43,420 nucleotides of DNA from Acinetobacter phage SH-Ab 15497, in the sequence record MG674163.1. One strand, 5' to 3'. This document shows, one piece after another, positions 20,701 to 27,421 of this stretch. The notes under the pieces were generated by a model. It was not told where the DNA came from and searched no databases. It worked only from the letters and a program-made list of their open reading frames with translations. Position 1 is the stretch's first letter. Every line of letters begins with the position of its first letter. A program made the position numbers and the translations under genes.

Positions 20701-20772
20701 GTGGGTTCTTATGACATATGGGGTGAGGAGGTTTCCCTGTCGGCAGAGTTCACAATCCCTGCCGTGGTATAG
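17716..20772 (+). CDS. Tail tip protein, gpI-like N-terminus fused to a gpJ-like host specificity protein with FN3 domains
   Basis: The N-terminus has a ubiquitin-like segment, a hydrophobic stretch and an I-like block (NDFRLMEPIEVNYGRNRVW). The body is long and J-like. The C-terminal region has FN3-like repeats (ISVSWDPALGATSYLLEKSQDGENWSTVA..). Confidence 0.7.
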   Translation: MALVRIVKNPIQPFNVEERIVKDGQTIRSALKELYTESFVEFTAPTIITVNGRSMMRDQWDIVVLNESDVMGVVTMSAEPITIFFAVVAVISLGISLYTMSQMRNMNGFDAPAPDPTYSLSGQKNDFRLMEPIEVNYGRNRVWCTYAAKPFNRFISNDQWLYQLFCIGQGEYQINQLFIEDTVISNYQDVEYEIIPPNQKVTLIETNVETSPEVRDIELFGPNEEDYTVAGPFTVVSPNRRTKKIEIDLTLPSGLYYTGDKGLESRTVNAEFEYRAIDDTDTPIGDWQVLFTWTQTWATTTPQRFTIITDVPEGRYQVRGKRTNDKDSSYRAGNTLKWDSARSIIPDDSTYGNVTLLAVKAKATNNLNNESSARVNVDCTRLLKTRSNGVWSGLVPTRSIAWAFYDIVTNPIYGAALPEEYVDIDELERLDGELSAEGRFFDGILRNKTTVWDALNTVAKIARARATINGTMITMVRDKPKTIPQGVFTVDNIVEGSFEWEISMWDPTEADSVEVTYVDPITYLQESMNCKVVESDGLNPEKVDLVGCTDRNIAYRDGMYIAMCKMYKREAIKFKTGLEGILPMYGDLIAVQYPIPSFGQSSVIYEMYDNLIILEDEMVWTASQQHFVMIRGDNGVGYGPYPVTRGTSDDMLVLPAPIDINLRDGNREPPIVSFGGSTTFARLCIVEEIAPEGGELVQVSCTNYDPIVFSHDNDMAPPIELDDVQPLPDIPVVRNLNVVKIPEMPDTISVSWDPALGATSYLLEKSQDGENWSTVANINTTSWQLQVFKGMLYLRVSGIGAGRGPWTNWSGEVGDAMGVPQSVGEIGVVQDFKGTGFTIDWNSVIIADKYKIEVYEGLGSTLARQITTTTPSFTYNYEMAKTDNKVARQYVVRVFAVNGYGESPSSSILMTNPVPLAPIDVTHALTSTEPTYKVYRISWSYPNPPSDLAGYKVYISDTSGFTPSESNLEFDGVSLGVSHPINTDSNGKHPAKYYRVGSYDIWGEEVSLSAEFTIPAVV

Positions 20773-21137
20773 AGAATACGCCCCGCTTCAACGGGTTTCC
20801 ACGAGGCGGGACGGAAGGAGTACCTCCGCTATATACATAGCAGCCGAGGTTCCGAGGCCAAGGACGGGCCTCTCGTTTTACAAAATGTGCGGTTGCCGAG
20901 TTACTTGTACGCACGCGGGAGTCGGAAACTGTCGCCCGTTGACAATATTCGGAATCGGGAGCAACCGAGCAACCGAGAGAAGAAACATACCGTCTGACGG
21001 GGCCTCTGAATATATCGGGCGGTTGCCTCACTCAGAGAACTCGGAGCAACCGAGCAACCGAGCAACCACTGTAAGAAACACTGTATTCTACAGCCTAGGC
21101 CCTCAAAGAGGTCTTCGATAGACACTCTCTCGGATCC
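20773..21137. repeat. Inverted-repeat module A with tandem GTTGCTCG octamers and small palindromes
   Basis: Its reverse complement aligns by eye with 42966..43290 over about 300 bp. It holds octamer arrays (GAGCAACC x2 at 20957..20975 and x3 at 21044..21068), the palindrome CCGTCTGACGG, and TGTCAACGGGCGACA. Confidence 0.7.
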
Positions 21138-21157
21138 CCACGTGCGTAAAAGAGAGA

Positions 21158-21186
21158 TTGACGGGAAGGGCGTCTAGTGTTTTAAT
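21158..21186 (+). promoter_or_regulatory. Sigma70-like promoter, TTGACG-17-TTTAAT, for the primase-polymerase gene
   Basis: The hexamers TTGACG (21158..21163) and TTTAAT (21181..21186) have exact 17-nt spacing. Confidence 0.45.
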
Positions 21187-21226
21187 GATCGCCGAGATAA
21201 GAGATACAGCACTCTATGAGGAAACA

Positions 21227-22816
21227 ATGATAGATACATCAGATATCGAAAGGTTTGCCAAACTGTTTAGGGGCAACCTTCGCACCTTTGGGAAATTCTA
21301 CCCCAATGGTAAAGATTACGGGACACATAGAATCAAGCCGCGGGGGGTGGAGACGATCAAGGCCGCACCGTCGATCAACGATTTTGCGGACCATGTGAAT
21401 GGGGTGGAAGGCATCGGCATAGTTCCGATCATGGACGACGGTTATTGCTGGTTCGGGGCACTGGACCTTGATGCCCATGGTGACGACACGCCCGATCTAG
21501 ATATCGTGGAGATCGAAAGAACGGTCCGCGATCTCGATTTGCCATTGATGGTATGCCGATCAAAGTCGGGTGGTGTGCATCTATACTTGTTCGGGGCCGA
21601 GCCGATCAGAGCCTCCACTATGCGGTCAGTGTTGTCCAAGTGGTCACAGCAGTTAGGCTTCGGCGGGTGTGAAGTGTTCCCCAAACAAGAGAACTTGATC
21701 ACTGACAACGATGGCCAGATGCAGAACGGGAACTGGATCAACCTGTGCAACTTCGACGCTGAAAACGACAATGCCCTCAGATGGTGCGTAGAGGGCGGCA
21801 GGAGAGTGTCTTTCGGATATTTCCTAGACCTTGCCGAGTCACGACGTGTCACGGGCGCAATTCTCGTGGAAAAAGGTGATGACCAGCACGCCGAAGCACC
21901 CCCATGCATCCAAAAGATGATCGCCAACGGCGTGCCGTCTGGGAGTCGGAACGAGGCCCTTTATAATATCACCATCTACCTTAAACAGTCACACCCTGAG
22001 ACATACCGTGACAAGGCATTCGATCTTAACAGCAGAATATTTGATAACCCATTGGCCCACGCCGAAGCCAAGAAGACCATCAATAGTGCTTCACGTCGTG
22101 ATTACCGATACCGATGCAAAGAAGAGCCGTGCCGATCATATTGCAACCCATCGGTGTGCATCACTCGCAAGTTCGGAATCACGCCCGAGGAAAAGGGTGA
22201 AATGGAAATGGGTGCGCCGCCCGAATTCAACTCACTGGAGAAGCATTTAACAAATCCAGTGAGATGGCGCCTATATGTTGATGGCATGGGCATATACCTG
22301 ACCACTCAACAGTTGATGGACTACCGCGCAATTCGTGAGGCCGTGGCTGACGCCTTAACTAGGTTGATCCCACCAATGAAGAACGATCGATGGCAGGCCC
22401 AGTTACATCTGTTGATGAAGGACGCCACGGTAGTAGAAGCACCTGATGAAGCATCGACATCTGGATTGATCAACGCACAACTTGAGGCGTTTATCCGCAA
22501 GGCCGATCTTAAGAGCGATGGAACTAAACTGGAGGATAGACAAGCCCTATTAAATGGCGTCCCAGTGGTTCAAGTGGATCCGTCTGACCCGACACAGCGC
22601 AATGTCTACTTCCGAGGCCAAGACTTCGTGCAGCATCTTAAAAAGGTTAGGTTCGAGGAGCTTAAGGGGGCCAATCTGTGGATGGCAATCCGCGACATGG
22701 GCGTCGGACACGGAGCACTGAAAGTAAACAAGTCGTCGGTCAAGGTATGGTATGTTAGACTGACCGAAGACAACATCATCGATTACACTAAATTAAGCAT
22801 CAAGAGTGAGTTTTAA
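21227..22816 (+). CDS. Archaeo-eukaryotic-type primase-polymerase (AEP PrimPol) with C-terminal primase/helicase-loader-like region
   Basis: The AEP motifs GALDLDAHGDD (DxD) and SKSGGVHLYLF (sGGxH) are present. The ATG at 21227 with a GAGGAAACA RBS is preferred over the track start at 21158, which overlaps the promoter. Confidence 0.75.
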   Translation: MIDTSDIERFAKLFRGNLRTFGKFYPNGKDYGTHRIKPRGVETIKAAPSINDFADHVNGVEGIGIVPIMDDGYCWFGALDLDAHGDDTPDLDIVEIERTVRDLDLPLMVCRSKSGGVHLYLFGAEPIRASTMRSVLSKWSQQLGFGGCEVFPKQENLITDNDGQMQNGNWINLCNFDAENDNALRWCVEGGRRVSFGYFLDLAESRRVTGAILVEKGDDQHAEAPPCIQKMIANGVPSGSRNEALYNITIYLKQSHPETYRDKAFDLNSRIFDNPLAHAEAKKTINSASRRDYRYRCKEEPCRSYCNPSVCITRKFGITPEEKGEMEMGAPPEFNSLEKHLTNPVRWRLYVDGMGIYLTTQQLMDYRAIREAVADALTRLIPPMKNDRWQAQLHLLMKDATVVEAPDEASTSGLINAQLEAFIRKADLKSDGTKLEDRQALLNGVPVVQVDPSDPTQRNVYFRGQDFVQHLKKVRFEELKGANLWMAIRDMGVGHGALKVNKSSVKVWYVRLTEDNIIDYTKLSIKSEF

Positions 22817-22817
22817 C

Positions 22818-23015
22818 ATGAATATAAACATTTTAGCACGCATTGCAATGGGCATTTACAAGCACCAAGAAGACCTGACGATTCAGGTGTCTTATAAATC
22901 CAAATTAGTATGGATCAAGGGTAAGAAAGGGTGGAACGAGTACACTTTCAAACAGTTGGTCGACAAACATGCCCCACACAGTGAATACCTCCTCAAGTTA
23001 ATCGGAGCTGCGTGA
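22818..23015 (+). CDS. Hypothetical protein, 65 aa
   Basis: The ATG at 22818 overlaps the upstream stop. The track start at 22806 is a GTG. Confidence 0.4.
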   Translation: MNINILARIAMGIYKHQEDLTIQVSYKSKLVWIKGKKGWNEYTFKQLVDKHAPHSEYLLKLIGAA

Positions 23016-24781
23016 TGAGTGATTTAAAAGTAACGATCAACCCTGATGAAGGCAAGATATTCATTTACTGCAATAAGGCATATAATGATGTCGTGCGTTC
23101 TCTTCCCAACCGCCGTTGGTTGAAATCAAAGGAATGTTGGCAGGCCCCATTGATTCGAGCGAACGCCCAAGTGATTTTGGACAAATTCACTCGATTTAGG
23201 ACTTTTGAATGCTCAGAGAAGGCGCTGGATAAACTACGTGAAGTGGCCAGTTTGAATTTTGTGCCGCAGAATCTGGAGAAATTCCCGTCATGGTATAAGT
23301 TTAAAACCAATCCATTTCCACACCAGTTGAACGCATTGGACTTCGCGTGGTCACGCCCTCAGTCGGCATTCTTCATGGAAATGGGCACTGGTAAATCAAA
23401 GACATTGATCGATTTGGCTTCTGCACGTTGCATGGACGGCCAGATTAATGCCTTGATCGTATTCTGCCCTTATGGTATCCGTGGGACTTGGGAGCATGAA
23501 TTTTCAGTGCACTGCCCTATAGAATACACGACATACGTGGTCGACACTGACGTATATAAATTCGAGAAGAAATTTGATGACTACATTAACCTAGACCACA
23601 AATTTAAAATCGTCATAATCGGCATGGAGTCAATTAGCGGGAAGGAGAAGGACGGCAAGGCATACAACGCCGCCCAGAAATTCGCCAAAACCCATCGTTG
23701 CATGGTAGTAGTTGATGAATCCCAGTATATTAAGAATTACGCATCCAACAGGGCATCCAACGCAACCCAAGTACGTCTGGAGTGTGTCAGTCCAGTGATC
23801 ATGACTGGAACTCCGATTACTCAAGGATACACTGACCTGTTCGGACAATTCGAATTTTTATCACCTGATATCATCGGGGTCGGGGACTTCTATTCGTTCA
23901 GGTCACGGTACTGTGTCATGGGCGGCTTCCAGAATAAATCAATCATTGACTACACAAACACTGATGAGTTGATGGACCTGCTAACGCCGTGGATTTTCCA
24001 AGTAAAGAAAGAGGACGTGTTAAAGGACCTCCCCCCGAAGACCTACACCTCACGAACAGTCGAGCTTACCAAGGAACAGAAAAAGCTGTACGATGAAATC
24101 AAGCAAAATGGATTTGCCAACCTGAAAGACCTCATCAAGGGCCACCCTGAGGACATCGACTTGATTTGTGAAAATGTGTTGACAGTATATTCATCACTGC
24201 AGCAGATCATCGGCGGGTTTGTCACATACTGGGACGAGACAGGTGAGACAAGGGTCAGGAAATTAACCAGAATTATTCCAGTGGATAAAAACCCAAAAAT
24301 CCGCGACATGATGGAGGTGGTTGAGGGCATCGGCAACGCCAGCATGATTATTTGGGCTAGATACCGTGAAGAAATCAAGATGATCAGCGAGGCACTCAGG
24401 GCCAAATACGGCGATGATTCAGTGGTGGAATTCCATGGGGGAGTTACGGCCGAAGATCGAGAGGTCGCAAAAGCCAAGTTCTTGAACAAGGAGGCCCGAT
24501 TCTTTGTGTCGAATGCCGAGACTGGAGGCACTGGATTGACATTGAATGTAGCAACTTATACATTCTATTACTCAAACGACTTCAAGTTGGTGAACCGCTT
24601 ACAATCCGAAGATCGAAACCACCGTATCGGCCAAAAGAACGCCGTAACATATATCGATCAGCCGACCAAGGGCACGATTGATATCAAGATTCTTAGAGCA
24701 ATCAGACAGAAGAAGGATTTGGCGAATTATGTGAAGGAGCGCATATCGGCAGGTAAATCATTGATGGAGTTGTTTGACTAA
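23012..24781 (+). CDS. SNF2-family (SF2) DNA helicase / translocase
   Basis: Motif I is MEMGTGKSKT and motif II is VVVDESQYIKN (DExx box). The C-terminal helicase-C block is FVSNAETGGTGLTLNVATYTFYYS...DRNHRIGQ. Confidence 0.8.
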   Translation: MMSDLKVTINPDEGKIFIYCNKAYNDVVRSLPNRRWLKSKECWQAPLIRANAQVILDKFTRFRTFECSEKALDKLREVASLNFVPQNLEKFPSWYKFKTNPFPHQLNALDFAWSRPQSAFFMEMGTGKSKTLIDLASARCMDGQINALIVFCPYGIRGTWEHEFSVHCPIEYTTYVVDTDVYKFEKKFDDYINLDHKFKIVIIGMESISGKEKDGKAYNAAQKFAKTHRCMVVVDESQYIKNYASNRASNATQVRLECVSPVIMTGTPITQGYTDLFGQFEFLSPDIIGVGDFYSFRSRYCVMGGFQNKSIIDYTNTDELMDLLTPWIFQVKKEDVLKDLPPKTYTSRTVELTKEQKKLYDEIKQNGFANLKDLIKGHPEDIDLICENVLTVYSSLQQIIGGFVTYWDETGETRVRKLTRIIPVDKNPKIRDMMEVVEGIGNASMIIWARYREEIKMISEALRAKYGDDSVVEFHGGVTAEDREVAKAKFLNKEARFFVSNAETGGTGLTLNVATYTFYYSNDFKLVNRLQSEDRNHRIGQKNAVTYIDQPTKGTIDIKILRAIRQKKDLANYVKERISAGKSLMELFD

Positions 24782-24788
24782 ATATTAA

Positions 24789-24817
24789 TTGCGCGGGATC
24801 GGTTATTATGATATAAT
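24789..24817 (+). promoter_or_regulatory. Sigma70-like promoter TTGCGC-17-TATAAT with the -10 embedded in a CGGGATC/GATCCCG hairpin
   Basis: The hexamers are at 24789..24794 and 24812..24817. The hairpin arms are at 24794..24800 and 24819..24825. Confidence 0.45.
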
Positions 24818-24824
24818 TGATCCC

Positions 24825-24877
24825 GTACCCATCTGATGAGCTTGTGAAACCCAAGCGAAACCGAGAGGTCATGGGAC
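24825..24877 (+). ncRNA. Type I hammerhead self-cleaving ribozyme
   Basis: Helix I is GUACCCAU (24825..24832) paired with AUGGGAC (24871..24877), with one bulged A. The core CUGAUGAG is at 24833..24840. Helix II is GCUUG-UGAAACC-CAAGC (24840..24856). GAAA is at 24857..24860. Helix III is A-C-C/G-G-U closed by a GAGA tetraloop (24860..24869). The cleavage triplet GUC has C17 at 24870, so the predicted cut is between 24870 and 24871. Confidence 0.8.
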
Positions 24878-25056
24878 AGCGCACCTTGGTCAATTCCGCA
24901 AGTCGCTTTTGATCAAGAGGACTGCCAACGAATGTGCGCAGGTAGTTGGACGGCACGGTACGATATTGGTCGATTGGCCTCTACGGCAATGAACCATAAA
25001 AGCCACCGTGGGCATAAGGTAAGTAGTGACAGCTCGGAACAGACGGCACTGAATTC

Positions 25057-25133
25057 GCGCTTATAGCTCAGTAGGATAGAGCGATCCCCTCCTAAGGGAT
25101 AGGCCACAAGTTCGATTCTTGTTAAGCGCACCA
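25057..25133 (+). tRNA. tRNA-Arg, anticodon CCU, reads AGG
   Basis: The cloverleaf folds by hand: acceptor GCGCTTA/TAAGCGC, D-arm GCTC..GAGC, anticodon stem ATCCC/GGGAT with loop CTCCTAA, T-arm ACAAG-TTCGATT-CTTGT, discriminator A and an encoded CCA. Confidence 0.85.
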
Positions 25134-25258
25134 AGTAGTTAAATCAAAGAGCGTGGGCGTTCAAAACCATAACCTGTCGGAGATAAGGCAACCCCAGTGT
25201 CCCTCCCGTCCGACCTAGATCAAGGCAGGTAGTCCGCTCTTTTTGATTTAACTACTAG
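25133..25258 (+). repeat. 21-bp inverted repeat flanking an 80-nt segment immediately 3' of the tRNA; possible processing structure or sRNA
   Basis: AAGTAGTTAAATCAAAGAGCG (25133..25153) pairs with CGCTCTTTTTGATTTAACTACT (25234..25255), with a 2-nt bulge. Confidence 0.5.
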
Positions 25259-25278
25259 TTTTCACACGGAGATAAGAG

Positions 25279-25617
25279 ATGCCTACAGTATACGTGGTAC
25301 AAGAAAATCCCCGCATGAACTACCTCCCAGCGGAGAAGTTCGGCGAGGTGAAGTTTTTGACTGCATCGGAGTTCAGTCCGTCGCAGCACAGCTTACGCAA
25401 TAAGCAGATTTTGGAACAGGTCATGGAAAACCTGTCAAATTTTGACCCAGACAAGGATTACCTTGTTCTGAGCGGCAATCCTATCATCATGGGGTTCGTG
25501 TTCAGCCTTCTGATTCAAAAGAAAGGATACCTTCGGGTGCTGTGGTATCACAGTATAGACCGCGAGTATGTGGAAGTAAACTTCAACCCATCGCAAATTT
25601 TGTCGATGAGCAGTTAA
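25279..25617 (+). CDS. Hypothetical protein, 112 aa
   Basis: The start is embedded in GGAGATAAGAGATG (25268..25281). Confidence 0.55.
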   Translation: MPTVYVVQENPRMNYLPAEKFGEVKFLTASEFSPSQHSLRNKQILEQVMENLSNFDPDKDYLVLSGNPIIMGFVFSLLIQKKGYLRVLWYHSIDREYVEVNFNPSQILSMSS

Positions 25618-25636
25618 CACATTTTGGAGATAAGAG

Positions 25637-26173
25637 ATGTCATTGGATCAAGAAATTATTAACCAGTTAGCGTACGAAAACCTTAACACCATGGAGAAGT
25701 TCCATCTGACCATGGAATTAATTCAGATATTGACAGGTGAGTTCTCCCGTGATAAAATAGAGTCTCTAGGTGGGAAGATGCAGACGGCCGACTACGTTCG
25801 ACTGCAAGACCAACTAAACCGACTAATCGATTCCATGGGCGAATCCAAGTCGGCACTTCAAAAGACCTATGATTGGTTACGTGAGGGGAAACTCCCTGAA
25901 ATAATGGAATCACAGGAACTTGAAGGATTAAGGGTAGAAGGCGTTGGACGGGTTCATTTGCAATCTGACGTTCGGATCTCAGTCAAGGCCGACAGCAAAG
26001 CCGAAGCTTATGAATGGTTAGGGGATCATGGACACGGTGGACTGATTCAGGAAACTGTGAATTCAAGCTCCCTCAAAGCGTTCTATAAGGCAGAATTGAA
26101 GAAGGGGAATGAACTTCCCGCCGATTTATTTAATACAAGTCTGTTCACACGAGCAGTAATCACACGCAAATAA
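25637..26173 (+). CDS. Hypothetical protein, 178 aa
   Basis: The start is embedded in GGAGATAAGAGATG (25626..25639). Confidence 0.55.
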   Translation: MSLDQEIINQLAYENLNTMEKFHLTMELIQILTGEFSRDKIESLGGKMQTADYVRLQDQLNRLIDSMGESKSALQKTYDWLREGKLPEIMESQELEGLRVEGVGRVHLQSDVRISVKADSKAEAYEWLGDHGHGGLIQETVNSSSLKAFYKAELKKGNELPADLFNTSLFTRAVITRK

Positions 26174-26184
26174 GGAAGACGACC

Positions 26185-26493
26185 ATGTCTAAAGTAGTAA
26201 TCCGTTCTAAATTAGGTTCAGTATCAGCAGTTCAATTAGGTCTTGCTGTAGCAATCTTAGCATCTGCAAACGAAGTATTTGCAGAAAAACCAGAATTAAA
26301 AGCAACTCAGGTGATCACTCCTGACAATGAAATCACTGTTGTAAGCAAAGTGAAAGACGGCGTGACAATCGAATTCACTGGTCGTGAATATAAAGCAGCA
26401 AATGTGGCTCGTGTAGCTGCAGCACCTGCGCCAGTTGCAACAGAATCAAAATCTGCTGATGCGGGTGTTGTTGATAACGACGACGCAGAATAA
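26185..26493 (+). CDS. Hypothetical abundant early protein with an acidic C-terminus, 102 aa
   Basis: An AGGAAG RBS is present. Its strongly A/T-ending codon usage (tta, gta, gca, tct, cgt) differs from neighbouring genes. The hydrophobic N-terminal segment could be a signal or TM helix. Confidence 0.55.
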   Translation: MSKVVIRSKLGSVSAVQLGLAVAILASANEVFAEKPELKATQVITPDNEITVVSKVKDGVTIEFTGREYKAANVARVAAAPAPVATESKSADAGVVDNDDAE

Positions 26494-26496
26494 GCA

Positions 26497-26525
26497 TTGC
26501 AGGTCAGTGCCGCCAGTGATATAAT
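26497..26525 (+). promoter_or_regulatory. Sigma70-like promoter TTGCAG-17-TATAAT with the -10 inside a GTGCCGCCA/TGGCGGCAC hairpin
   Basis: The hexamers are at 26497..26502 and 26520..26525. The hairpin arms are at 26508..26516 and 26525..26533. Confidence 0.4.
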
Positions 26526-26609
26526 GGCGGCACACCACCTAGACACTGGTGGTTAAATAAAAGGTCAGAATTAAGTAACAAATAAGCGAACGCCCTAGGA
26601 GATATAGAG

Positions 26610-27362
26610 ATGGCAAAAGCTCAAAACGAAGTAGCAACCCAAGAATCTGGATTGGCTGTACCTGATTTCCTTAAGGAAATGATGAACGACAACCGCGGTT
26701 CAGAAGACGTAGGCGCTGATGATATTGTCATTCCGCGACTGGAATTAGTGCAATCGTTATCAAAATGCCGTAAAAAAACCGACCCTGCTTACATCGCGGG
26801 AGCGGAAGAAGGCATGCTATACAACTCAGTAACCCGCGAGTTGTACGGTGAGTCAGTTCAGGTGGTTCCAGTCACATTCAAGAAGGAATTCTTGTTGTGG
26901 CGTGAACAAGACTTGGGCGGCGGTTTCGGTGGTGCTTACCCTACAGAAGGCGAAGCTCATGACGCGAAAGCGGCACAGGAAAAGCCTGATGAATGGGAAA
27001 TTGTGGATACGGCACAGCATTTCTGCTTGCTAATCCAAGAAGGACAGGATCCGCAAGAAATTGTGATTTCTATGTCCAAATCGAAGGGCAAGTGCTCACG
27101 CAAGTGGAACTCTATGGTCCGCTTAAACGGCGGCCCACGTTTCAGTCGTGTGTATGAAGTAGTCGGCATCGGCGATCAAAACTCTGCAGGTCAAGATTAC
27201 CATACCCTTGATGTGAAAAACGTCGGGTTCGTGAACGAAGCACAATTTAAACGTGCAGAAAAGGTCTATGAATTGATTCAAGCAGGCAAAATGACTGCTG
27301 ACCGATCTGTGGAGGGTGAATCACCTGCAGGACAAGACGCAGACAACAGCGGCGAGTTCTAA
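26610..27362 (+). CDS. ssDNA-binding protein candidate, T7 gp2.5-like
   Basis: The 250 aa protein starts MAK and has an acidic C-terminal tail ending in Phe (..QDADNSGEF). It lies upstream of the dCMP deaminase, helicase and polymerase genes. Confidence 0.4.
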   Translation: MAKAQNEVATQESGLAVPDFLKEMMNDNRGSEDVGADDIVIPRLELVQSLSKCRKKTDPAYIAGAEEGMLYNSVTRELYGESVQVVPVTFKKEFLLWREQDLGGGFGGAYPTEGEAHDAKAAQEKPDEWEIVDTAQHFCLLIQEGQDPQEIVISMSKSKGKCSRKWNSMVRLNGGPRFSRVYEVVGIGDQNSAGQDYHTLDVKNVGFVNEAQFKRAEKVYELIQAGKMTADRSVEGESPAGQDADNSGEF

Positions 27363-27421
27363 TCCAAGCTACACAATTCAGAGGGGCGATCGTCGCCCCT
27401 CACTTATATGAGATAATAGAT

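Noticed and set aside
20955-21070. Possible CRISPR array suggested by the short direct repeats
   Set aside because: The repeats are 8 bp and contiguous, with no unique spacers of uniform length. There are no cas genes. Iterons, or terminase or replication-protein binding sites, explain them better.
20624-21121. + strand ORF of 165 aa spanning the 3' end of the tail fiber gene and repeat module A
   Set aside because: It overlaps the tail fiber gene out of frame and runs through the octamer arrays. It has no RBS and its product is Arg/Ser/Thr-rich junk. It is open by chance because the repeats lack stops.
21158-21226. ORF-track start of the primase-polymerase gene at 21158
   Set aside because: This stretch coincides with a good promoter (TTGACG-17-TTTAAT at 21158..21186). 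The in-frame ATG at 21227 has a GAGGAAACA RBS.
24781-25056. Minus-strand ORF 24913..25134 and a possible integrase attachment site next to the tRNA
   Set aside because: The minus-strand ORF overlaps the tRNA and the hammerhead region. No integrase or recombinase gene exists anywhere in the window, so an attP interpretation has no support.
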